From IMG/VR virus record IMGVR_UViG_3300028735_000004, positions 64,001 through 128,000 of that record: a stretch of DNA of 64,000 bases; one strand, given 5' to 3'. Below are positions 43,024 to 52,700 of the stretch, in pieces; the stretch's first letter is position 1, and the number at the start of each line of letters is the position of its first letter. The notes under the pieces were generated by a model. The model ran no database searches. It worked only from the letters and a program-made list of their open reading frames with translations, and was not told the origin of the DNA. The stretch comes from a virus (lineage: Duplodnaviria; Caudoviricetes). The position numbers and the translations under genes were made by a program.

Positions 43024-43650
43024 TTAGAAATTACCAAAAACTGCGTTAATTAAGTTTGGAGCATCTAAGGCGCCTCTACGAACACCACGATCTGCTTGTC
43101 TTTCAATGCCTAAAGTATCTGTTTGTAATACAAGATTACGAGCTCCACCTGTAGCAGCATTAGCTCCTTGAATTGTACTATAAATATCTTCGGCTTGCCA
43201 TCCCATTTCATCTGCTATAATAAAATTATCAGCACCATATGAATAAGAAATTGATTCTATCCAAACATTTTTGATAGTCGTGATGATCATACTTTCTCCA
43301 TCACCGGCCCATTTATCATAAATATCTATATCAAATGGAATGCGTTGAGATTTGGCGTGTAAGAATCCTCTACTAAAAGCTTCTGACACACGAAGACGAT
43401 CAAATCTAATGCGACGGCAGTTACCAGAAATATCAGCAGATTTACTTGGAGCACTATCAATATGACCATCAGTTCCAACTTCATCAATCATAGTAATACT
43501 TCTACGCTCATTAATCGATAGTGTTTGAACCGCACCTACTGGATTAGGACCTACACGAATAACAATGTTAGTTGAAAGTGCGGTACCAGTACGGTTGCTT
43601 CCATTGGGATTTTCTATGATCGAACCTGTCTGTGGTGTTAAAATAGCCAT
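43024..43650 (-). CDS. Tail tube protein
   Basis: About 200 aa after the sheath. IVIRVGPNPVGAVQTLSINERR...EVG...RIPFDIDI pattern of myovirus tube proteins. AGGA SD. Confidence 0.8.
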   Translation of the reverse strand: MAILTPQTGSIIENPNGSNRTGTALSTNIVIRVGPNPVGAVQTLSINERRSITMIDEVGTDGHIDSAPSKSADISGNCRRIRFDRLRVSEAFSRGFLHAKSQRIPFDIDIYDKWAGDGESMIITTIKNVWIESISYSYGADNFIIADEMGWQAEDIYSTIQGANAATGGARNLVLQTDTLGIERQADRGVRRGALDAPNLINAVFGNF

Positions 43651-43668
43651 TATTTTATCCTATCCAAA

Positions 43669-43703
43669 AAGAAATATTTTATTATAATATATCAATATTT
43701 CTT
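43669..43703 (-). promoter_or_regulatory. Perfect 10-bp inverted repeat enclosing a TGATATAT element (promoter, operator or weak terminator)
   Basis: AAGAAATATT...AATATTTCTT with TGATATAT at 43687-43694, followed by a T-run on the minus strand. Confidence 0.4.
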
Positions 43704-43724
43704 ATTTTATACAAAAATATTACA

Positions 43725-44187
43725 TTATTTTTTAGTATGTCTTATTTTTCTGCATCCATCTAATATGTTTTGTTTTGCAGAGTAAGATCGTAGATTCTCA
43801 AGAGCCCAACACTTCTTAAAATTTTCATCATCTAAAGATTCATACTTTAATTCACTTTGAGGTATAATATGATCGATATTCCAAGTCCAAGTAGCGGGAT
43901 TATTATCATCCCAAGTTTTAGAATTATATTTTTTCCAATTATCCCAGTTCATCCAAGGCTCAAATTGTTTTTCAAGATGTTGTTTTAATTCCTCGGAAGA
44001 GTAGCCTAATTTTTTTCATAATTTACTATAATTGGTATTAGAATTACCATTTTTAATAGTGAATAGAATTTTTGATTTTATAACAGGTTTTAATTTAAAA
44101 AAAGGATCGTTTTGAGTTCTTTTTTTAATTCTTTCATAAGCCTGCCATATTGAACTATATAACAGCGCCAAGAGTGTTAAATTATGA
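43725..44187 (-). pseudogene. Degenerate HNH endonuclease, paralog of 47069..47806
   Basis: One frame across the two listed ORFs with an in-frame TGA at 44016-44018 (YSKL*KKLGYSSEELKQHLEKQF vs YRLIFNMLGYSELELKQHLEKQF). No start codon; N-terminal zinc finger absent. Confidence 0.78.
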
Positions 44188-46986
44188 TTATAAAGTTCCG
44201 ATACCAACTTTAATATAAATCCAGTTGATAGGATATACGGGGGCCACTCTTACTGCAATATTCCATTGACGAGGATCAACTTCATCACGCTTAACTACAA
44301 GATCTCTCCAATCTGTAATTAATTTCTGTGTAATGAAGGATCTTAACAATCCGACTGCACGAGCGGTAAGCATTGGAATTGTATCGAGATCTTCTGGCAA
44401 GCCAATAAACCCGGCGAAACCAGCTCGCATTGATTTGGCTATACGATCTCTAATGAATACAATTGAAATTTCTTCTTCTTCTGGGAAACCACTTTGTGTA
44501 GTTGTTTTGCCCCAAATTACTCTTCCGCCACCAGCAACTGGTTGTAATACAGATACGCCAGCAGTTGCTAATGATTCTAATGTGCTTTGTGGTAATTGTT
44601 TATCACGAAGGATTGTGAAGCCACTTAACACTTTATTAGTAATAGGCATTGATATTAATGCTGTTCCAGAGAAGAAACCACCGGCTGCAGCTGCAAGATA
44701 GAAGCCATCGATTAATTGATTTTCTCCACCAACATTAACAACTATTTCGTCTGGATAGAAGTAGGCACATCTGTAAGTTGTACCAAATGCATCTGGAACT
44801 GAATAATTAGTTAAATCTTCAGTTGTTCCGGCTAATACTTCTGTTACTTCATCGCCTTGAATTCCTTCTAACACTCCTATATCTTCTACTGCTGCTAATT
44901 TAGCTCCAGTTAAATTATCTGGAATTAATCCTTTAATTGCACCAGTGAACAATACTCTTTCGCGTTTATTACGAATATTACTCATTGTCTTACAGTGTGT
45001 TAGTGCATTTTGGAAAATAACAGAATAGGTTTGGTTAGGAAGTGGAACTAAGATGTCTAATTCAAATGCCTCTAATGTTTGGAATGCGGTTTGCCATCCA
45101 GCATCATAGAAAGAAGCATCTTTAGTATCTATAAGAGTTACACGCAATGAATGACCATCTGGCATAACATTGTGATTTAATACAATATAGCTGCTTGTGT
45201 CAGCAGGATCTAATACTTCAAATTTAAGATTTGCTTCTGACACAAATGATTTAGCTATTGTTAAAACATCTCCAATTGGATTATAACTTATGATATCAAA
45301 AGTACCTAAATTGGTTGCTGTTGCGGATGCGGTAATTTTGATTTTCATACTTGTTAAGTTAGAAACTGCACCAAAATTAATTGCTACGCTGGAGAATGTT
45401 CCAGTTGCACTTGATGGAATGGCTGTTAAGATACCATCAGTTCCAGTAGTGCCTGCAATTGTAGTGCCGGTATTTGGATTAATCAAGTGGAAATAAACTC
45501 CGGTATCATTAACATAGTCAGAGAATGGCGGCGACGCGGATGCTTTAACAATTAATTTACCATTGCTGACTCCAACGATATCAAATGTTCCATTATTTGC
45601 TAAGTTAGTTGCATCAAAGATTTTTAGTTTTTTGCCAATATAACTTAAATCAAATGTAGCAGTACCAGTACTAAATGTACCTAACACTTGAGATGTTAAA
45701 CTACGATTTAAATATCCATCTGTTGCAAAATTTAATGCGGCTTGCCTTTGAACAACTGTATAGTAGAAAGAATATCCACCAGGAGCAGGTGTATCATCAA
45801 AAACAAATGAATTAGTTGTTGGATAACCTGCTGTATCTAAAGTATAGTAAGTTAATTTGTTTGGTAATAATTGTGTTTCTACGCCAGTTACAGGATTAGT
45901 TGCAAAAAAGTGAATAGATGAATTAACATCTGGTACTACACCGTATGGAAGTGGTATAATGAAATCATCAACATTTGTAGAAAGAGCATCAAAACTGTCT
46001 AATAAGTTATATGATGTTCTTCTTGGTAATGGAGGTGCCGCTTGCATTGCTAATACACCAGGAGTACCGTTATCAAATGCTAATTGAGCTCCTAATGATA
46101 AAGTATTATCTAAACTAACTGCACCATGTTTCTTTGTTAAACTATCCATTTCGGTGAAGAATACCGGATCGTTTATATCAGTAGAAGCAATATAAGTTGC
46201 AGTTAAAGTATCATTTTTAATTAAAGCACCACCTTTAACTTTAATTGTAAAATAATCTCCTTCTCTAAAAGGTGATATAGAATTTCCGCTACCATCTTTT
46301 GTTTCAGAAATGGCAAAACTTAAGATACCATTATTATATTCTTGACCATTAGCAATCCAAACTGAAGGATTACCATTTGCGTCTAATATATTTCCTGAAA
46401 CAGAACCGAAAGCAATAAATTTGGCTGTATTTTGAATTGGTTGATTAAAAGCATTTCTTTGAACAGATACACATTTAATAGACCAAGTTTCTGTTGGAGC
46501 ATTAGCATCTAAAAGTTTAATACCTGTAGCATTATAACCATCAATTGTACCAACACCTATATTGGTTGCGCCAGATGAATAATAAGAACCGCCTAAATCA
46601 ACTAATGCAGCAGTTTGTAATTCAATTCTTCCGGTTGCGGGATCTATACGATAATCATATTTGTTAGAGAATTTATTTGCGTTTATCTGCTCTTCTAATC
46701 CTACTAATGGAACTCCGTTTTTATATAAAGTAGTTCTATTATTTACAAGAGGAAAAAGCGATAGTTTGAAATGTCTTCCATCACTACCGTTTGTAGAAGT
46801 ATATGTGGAATTAAATCCATCTTTACCATTACCTAAAGCAGATGAAACAATTACTTCAGATCTTGAGCCTAAACCTACTATTGATAAAACTCTTATTCCA
46901 CCCGGTACGGAAACACCGCGGGATTGGGTAACAACATCGGTATATACTCCGGGTAAAACTCCTGAAGCGCCTGGTATATTAGCCAT
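44188..46986 (-). CDS. Contractile tail sheath protein with inserted domains
   Basis: N-terminal PGVYTDVVT; C-terminal GKTT...EISIVFIRDRIAK...VKRDEVDPRQWNIAVRVAPVYPINWIYI. AAGGA SD. Confidence 0.9.
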   Translation of the reverse strand: MANIPGASGVLPGVYTDVVTQSRGVSVPGGIRVLSIVGLGSRSEVIVSSALGNGKDGFNSTYTSTNGSDGRHFKLSLFPLVNNRTTLYKNGVPLVGLEEQINANKFSNKYDYRIDPATGRIELQTAALVDLGGSYYSSGATNIGVGTIDGYNATGIKLLDANAPTETWSIKCVSVQRNAFNQPIQNTAKFIAFGSVSGNILDANGNPSVWIANGQEYNNGILSFAISETKDGSGNSISPFREGDYFTIKVKGGALIKNDTLTATYIASTDINDPVFFTEMDSLTKKHGAVSLDNTLSLGAQLAFDNGTPGVLAMQAAPPLPRRTSYNLLDSFDALSTNVDDFIIPLPYGVVPDVNSSIHFFATNPVTGVETQLLPNKLTYYTLDTAGYPTTNSFVFDDTPAPGGYSFYYTVVQRQAALNFATDGYLNRSLTSQVLGTFSTGTATFDLSYIGKKLKIFDATNLANNGTFDIVGVSNGKLIVKASASPPFSDYVNDTGVYFHLINPNTGTTIAGTTGTDGILTAIPSSATGTFSSVAINFGAVSNLTSMKIKITASATATNLGTFDIISYNPIGDVLTIAKSFVSEANLKFEVLDPADTSSYIVLNHNVMPDGHSLRVTLIDTKDASFYDAGWQTAFQTLEAFELDILVPLPNQTYSVIFQNALTHCKTMSNIRNKRERVLFTGAIKGLIPDNLTGAKLAAVEDIGVLEGIQGDEVTEVLAGTTEDLTNYSVPDAFGTTYRCAYFYPDEIVVNVGGENQLIDGFYLAAAAGGFFSGTALISMPITNKVLSGFTILRDKQLPQSTLESLATAGVSVLQPVAGGGRVIWGKTTTQSGFPEEEEISIVFIRDRIAKSMRAGFAGFIGLPEDLDTIPMLTARAVGLLRSFITQKLITDWRDLVVKRDEVDPRQWNIAVRVAPVYPINWIYIKVGIGTL

Positions 46987-47068
46987 AATTTATTCCTTTA
47001 ACAAATTGATTCATTCCTAACCAATAAAATATCAAAATATTATTAGTTCTCACTTTATATTATTAATT

Positions 47069-47806
47069 TTATACCTTTTTATGCCGAGTTCTTCTTGTTC
47101 CGTCTAAAATATTCTGTTTTGCTGAATAAGGTCTTAAATTTTCAAGAGCCCAACATTTTTTAAAATCTTCATCATTTGGAGATGTGTAATTAAAGGTTGA
47201 ATGTGGTATAATATGATCTAATTGCCACTTCCAAGTTAATGGATTATTATCGTCCCACTTGTTAGCGTCATATTGACCATAATTTTCCCAGCTCATCCAA
47301 GATTCAAATTGTTTTTCAAGATGTTGCTTTAATTCTAATTCAGAATAACCAAGCATATTAAATATCAATCTATACTTGCCATTTTTTCCGAGTATTTCGT
47401 GAATAGACTTGGATACATTTCTTCTTAATTTATTGGATGGTATTTGCCTTTTTTCTTTAGCTTGTTCTCTTCTTCTTTGTTTATTTATTGGATTGGCGTT
47501 ATATTGTTTAATTTTTTCAATATTTTTAATATATCTTTCTTGCCGATATTTTCTTTTTTTATCAGCATATATCGGATCTTTTAATTTTTCTTTCTCCCAA
47601 TTTAATTTTCTTTGTCTCACATTCTCTCTTGCATTATATTTTTTATTATAATCATTTTTAAACCTTTGCTCTTTTGCCTTAATTTTATCACATTCTTTAC
47701 AATAAATTTTATAATATTGTTTTTTACTGCCATCACGCATTTTTCTCATATATAAGTAATATTCTGAAAGATCTTTTTCTACTTTACATTTAGTACACAT
47801 CTTCAT
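47069..47806 (-). CDS. Free-standing HNH-type endonuclease with N-terminal CxxC...CxxC zinc finger
   Basis: CTKC...CKEC, WQLDHIIP and CWALENLRPYSAKQN motifs. Confidence 0.82.
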   Translation of the reverse strand: MKMCTKCKVEKDLSEYYLYMRKMRDGSKKQYYKIYCKECDKIKAKEQRFKNDYNKKYNARENVRQRKLNWEKEKLKDPIYADKKRKYRQERYIKNIEKIKQYNANPINKQRRREQAKEKRQIPSNKLRRNVSKSIHEILGKNGKYRLIFNMLGYSELELKQHLEKQFESWMSWENYGQYDANKWDDNNPLTWKWQLDHIIPHSTFNYTSPNDEDFKKCWALENLRPYSAKQNILDGTRRTRHKKV

Positions 47807-47814
47807 ATTTAGAA

Positions 47815-47822
47815 ATATATCA
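47815..47822 (-). promoter_or_regulatory. TGATATAT putative promoter element
   Basis: Exact motif 9 nt upstream of the HNH ATG, which has no obvious SD (possibly leaderless). Confidence 0.3.
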
Positions 47823-48611
47823 TAAATTAGTTATAATTTCAGTTAGATTCATATTAGTCTTAATTCTTAGATTTAATGCATCTTGGTAATTTGGAACATC
47901 AACTCTACCAAATTCAACTATCATATTTATAATTTCTATTATATTGCCGATAGGTATCATTCTTCTCCATTCTGATCTAATTTGCAATGTTATTGTTTGT
48001 TTAAATAACATATCAGTTCTATCTAATGTTTCTGAAGGAGAGGATATTGAAACACCTTTTATTACTATGCCTTCTTTTTGCAAATCATTAAAGGCAATAT
48101 CTGTAAATAATAAAGATACTAGTTCGGTCAAATCATCTCTGGCACGCAAATCTCTCGCCAATACATCAACGGAAATAGAACCTTCCCAAGCGCCAGCAAA
48201 AATAAAAAATTTAGGAACTTTATAAGCTTTAGAATTCCCATAACCGTCTTCATAAACCACATAATCCCATTGTACTGATCCGGTTTCTCTGTTCATAGAA
48301 ATTGGTACATAATTAGAACCGCCAAATCTAACTATAATGGCTGGGTAATAAACGATATCATACCTAAATGCTTCTCCAATAAAAACTCTGGTGGTTAAAT
48401 TATCATTTAATCCAGCTGTTCTATCTAAATCTGTATGATCTGGAGTTTCAGGAAAACCAAACACATCTGTGGCAAAATGATACCAACTATCGCGAGAAAA
48501 AAAATCTCGTAAAGTTGCTATTACCATTTCTTTAGGATGCATAATCATAGCGTTTTGAACTATGTTATGTATCCTTGGTAAATCTGATCTGATAATATTA
48601 TTTGATACCAT
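47820..48611 (-). CDS. Tail terminator / completion protein
   Basis: YPAIIVRFGG...WEGSISVDVLARDLRARDDLTELVSLLF...LQIRSEWRR; directly upstream of the sheath. Confidence 0.6.
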   Translation of the reverse strand: MVSNNIIRSDLPRIHNIVQNAMIMHPKEMVIATLRDFFSRDSWYHFATDVFGFPETPDHTDLDRTAGLNDNLTTRVFIGEAFRYDIVYYPAIIVRFGGSNYVPISMNRETGSVQWDYVVYEDGYGNSKAYKVPKFFIFAGAWEGSISVDVLARDLRARDDLTELVSLLFTDIAFNDLQKEGIVIKGVSISSPSETLDRTDMLFKQTITLQIRSEWRRMIPIGNIIEIINMIVEFGRVDVPNYQDALNLRIKTNMNLTEIITNL

Positions 48612-49706
48612 TTAAATCCATCTGTATTTGATGCGAATTGGTGATATTCTCATAAAAGCATAATGAGCTGCAATTATAGAAGAAACATTAAAATATACAG
48701 TAAAATATAATCTTATATTACTGGAATATGAATTAATATATGTATTAATAGAAGGTGTAACGCTTATCGGATAATTTACTGTCGTAAGAGCATTAGTTCC
48801 GGTTTTATTATGATCTAAAGCCGCATCTCCTCCAGATTCCATTAAAACACTATCACTTGTAACAGTAGCGGGGCTCATTACAGAAGACGAATCTCTTTTA
48901 ATTATTCTAATAAATGCATCTCCAGAATATGTTATAGATGATGCTACAACAGAGCCGGTTGCCTGACAATTAGTGGCAATATTAACCATAGCGTTTAATA
49001 TTTGAACATTTTTAGGCAAAACTGTATCTAAATCTATCATTTTACCAAAATGTACCATACCATCATTACCAATGGTATTAGTTGATAATTCAAGAAATGC
49101 AAGATAATTTGTATTATTGGGAGTTGCTAAAGATACACCTGCTCTTTTAGAAGTATTAGCATTAAATGTCAAAGGATCTGTATAATAATCCATATTATGA
49201 ACATCTAACTGATATCTGTTGTCTTTCATAGGATAAGCGGGATCAGGAAGATGTTGAACAGTATAATACGGATTGTGTTTTAATCCGTCGTGATTTAACA
49301 AACTATAAAATGCATACGCAGTTTGATTGACATTTCTTTCGTAAATAGTACCTTCTGTATTATTTTTTACTAAATTTTCATCGGTTCCATCTACTGTGGC
49401 TTGATCAAAAGCATTTTCTGTTATTACGGAATTTTTTGTGCCGGCGGGTTTAAAATATATATATGCTAATATATTTGAATTACCTCTTGTAAAAGTATTT
49501 TTTGTAATATGAGATCTTGTGTCATTTACAAAAACCATAGATTTAGTAACATCATCTTTTATACCAGCAAAAAAATTATTTACTACAACTACATCTGCAT
49601 CAATATGTAAAATACGATCGTAAGTATAGGTAGTAGTTGTAGTACCGTTTGTGGTAATACCATAGTCTGTATGATTACCATCAATTATAAAATTACCATA
49701 TACCAT
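48612..49706 (-). CDS. Virion structural protein with beta-helix-like N-terminus
   Basis: VVNNFF, ITKNTF and ITENAF repeats; coupled by TAATG to the 1488-aa gene. Confidence 0.5.
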   Translation of the reverse strand: MVYGNFIIDGNHTDYGITTNGTTTTTYTYDRILHIDADVVVVNNFFAGIKDDVTKSMVFVNDTRSHITKNTFTRGNSNILAYIYFKPAGTKNSVITENAFDQATVDGTDENLVKNNTEGTIYERNVNQTAYAFYSLLNHDGLKHNPYYTVQHLPDPAYPMKDNRYQLDVHNMDYYTDPLTFNANTSKRAGVSLATPNNTNYLAFLELSTNTIGNDGMVHFGKMIDLDTVLPKNVQILNAMVNIATNCQATGSVVASSITYSGDAFIRIIKRDSSSVMSPATVTSDSVLMESGGDAALDHNKTGTNALTTVNYPISVTPSINTYINSYSSNIRLYFTVYFNVSSIIAAHYAFMRISPIRIKYRWI

Positions 49707-52700
49707 TATGAACCCTCTACTCTTTGAGCAACAAGTGCGTAATTAAGTGCATTGCTTGATTGATTAACATAATTTAATAATATTGATGAATCAGAAGCAA
49801 ATAACTTGTTATTTCTAATAATACAAACTCCCATAGGTTCTCTAAAGAAATTTGGCAATTTTGCTGACACTTGTATCCAACTAACAGTATTATTAATTAT
49901 TTCTACTGAACTGGTGAATAATCCGCTCGCCAATAATAATCCTACTTTGGAACTTCCGGAAGTATTATCATATTTACCTTTGTTGTCGCCACAGTAAATA
50001 TATTTGCAGTAATTTCCATCAATTATAAGTCTATCCTCTTTATCTAATATTACTAAAGAATTAACTGTATTAAACGGTTGAGATCTTCTAACAAGATAAT
50101 TAATTGATCCGCATATATTATCTGAAATATATACATTAATTGGAGATATTGCATTTAATACATTTCCGCTAACACCATCTACAGAAGAAGTAATTGCAAT
50201 CATTTGATTTCTGTTGCAAATATTTTCTGATATTGCACAATTAATTAACTTAGGTGCATTATAATCATTGACGGGGGGAGATACAGATGGTCCAACAAAT
50301 GCAACTGCAGCACTTAAATCATCTCCGCCTCCAACGAATGTAGATATAAATTGATTTCTTTTAATGAAAATATTTTGTCCGAAACTTGAATTAGAAGTTA
50401 AACTTGCTCCAATAAATGCGAAGTGATTTGCATATGGGGTTTTAAAAGTACAATCTTCTATTGTAATATTTTTTGCGCCAGATGAACCTATATTCATATT
50501 AATACAAGATTTACCTATATTAATTAATGAAGAAGATGCAAATAATGGATCAGATGTAGCATCATAAATATAATTAAATGTTATATTTTTGAATTCAATA
50601 TTATTTCCTATATTAAATCCAGTACCAACTGAAATATCAAATGTTCCGTTATCTCCAACAAATTCTACTTTGTTATTATAATTAAATGTTAGTGTAGAAG
50701 TAATTGGGAATGTACCTTTAACTAATACTTTAGCTCCTATTAAATTAAGTACATTTTGAGCAGATCTTAATCCATTTAAATTAACCATCCAATTATTTAA
50801 AGCTTCTACGCTTCTAAAACTTCCATCTGGACTTAATACAAACGGGTGATCCATTCCGATATATCCGTTTGATACATATCTTCTTAAATCAGTAATTGTT
50901 GATGTTGTTACAGCGTATTTACCATTAACAATTCCAACAGTTGCTGATATGGTATATAAAGGAACAAGATCTCTCCATTTAACATAAAGATTTTGTAAAT
51001 ATGTTCCTCTTACATTATATGGAGTTGGTGAGATAGCGTTTGGATTTTTAACATAAAATAATCTATTGTGATCTAAAGATCCATATATTCCTGATAAGCT
51101 TAAATCATAATCTGTTGATGCCACTAATTCTATTTCAGATTTATCATTAACACAAACAAACCAAGTAATAGTATTTACATTGGTAGTAAATGTTGGCGAT
51201 AAAGTTTCTTGTAAAATAGGTATAATATTAGTTGTTTCATTCATATATACCAATTTACCATTTACTAATACAACTCCACCTGTTAACGATAAAACATTTT
51301 GTGGAGTTCCGCCTATAATTTCAAAACCTCTAACAACACCATTTTCGTGAATTAATTTATCTGATGCAGAAATATAATCTAAAGCAGAAGAAGATAAATG
51401 TTTTTCGCTTATATTACCAAAAGTTCTTCCGTCTCTAATATATTTTATTGTTTTATTTGAATCATTAACTTGACAACTTCCTATAAAGAATTTTTCTTCA
51501 TCTAACATTAATGATGGGTAAAGCTGAATATCTATACCTTTATTAACAAAAGAAGAAATTGTGTCATCAAAACTAAAAATTATATCAATATAATCTATAT
51601 TAGATTCGTCATAAAATCTAACTTTTTCACCTTTTTTACCAGTTGTAGTTGGTCCAAAATTTGTATAACTTACACCATCGAACTTACAAAGATATCCGTT
51701 AAATACTCCAGTTGTTCCATCAAAATCAGTAATAAATAAATGAATTTTACGATAAACTAATGATTTATATCCTCTTAATTTAGGAGATATTTCATAAATA
51801 TTAAGATGCTGCATTTCAGTAGTAGCATATAATGTAAATGAATTTGCTGCATCTACCAAAACATTTGAGCCAGAAATTGAAAATCTTGCTCTTTCGTGAG
51901 AAAATACTTTACCATCAGTATTTACAAGAATTTCGAAATGTCTCTTAAACGGTATTACAGATACTGAATTTCCAACATTTTCTGAATTAAACGATACTGA
52001 ATCATCACAGAAATATAAATTAACCCCAGTGCCTACATTTGCTGATTGGTATGGAGATGTGCCGGTACCGTGGATCGCATCATATACAGTAATATATGTT
52101 TCTGGATTTGGTCCGGGGCAATTATTAAATACAACATTACTAATTAAAAATCTACCATAATCAACAAAGTTAGATAAAGCTGGTGAAGCATTTGGATAAA
52201 CAACAATTGTCTTACCTTTTTTCAAACCAGATGTAGAAAGATCATATGGAACCATATATGTTATTTCTACACGATTACCAAGAATAGTTTTATTATTTAT
52301 TGTAGCTGGCCAATAACCATCTCCAAATGTATCTTCAGAAGTAAATATTTCTTTATTTAATAAATCTTTTTCAGTTCCATTTACATAGAAGAATTTTCTT
52401 TTTTGTGGAGCTAAAATAACAGTTGGTACTTGAGCTACTATTGGATTTGTATATGAGGTAGAATATGGTGGACTTGCGACACCGGAACCGTTAGGACCAA
52501 ACCCAAGAGCATCCAAATTATTATATCCGTCAATAACATTAAATGGGTAGGAACTTAATGAACCAGAATAATAATTTCCTGAAGAATCTAATGTTCCACT
52601 GATTATGGAAAAACTAGCATTATTATAGTGATCGGCCAGCATTATACCGAATTCACCTTTATATGAATATGCTATAAATCTATAATTATATCCAGTTTGT

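Noticed and set aside
8492-44018. Stop-codon reassignment (TGA as Trp/Gly) suggested by two in-frame TGAs
   Set aside because: TGA is a genuine stop with ATGA coupling at 244, 9402 and 10070. The two read-through positions imply different residues (Gly vs aromatic), and other broken genes have TAG, TAA and frameshifts.
24050-48611. Calling the locus a classical eCIS/Afp/PVC or T6SS
   Set aside because: No Afp15-type AAA ATPase or TssJLM/ClpV genes are seen. A neck protein, G/GT frameshift, homing endonucleases and lysis genes point to phage origin. Domestication remains open and is listed as a finding.
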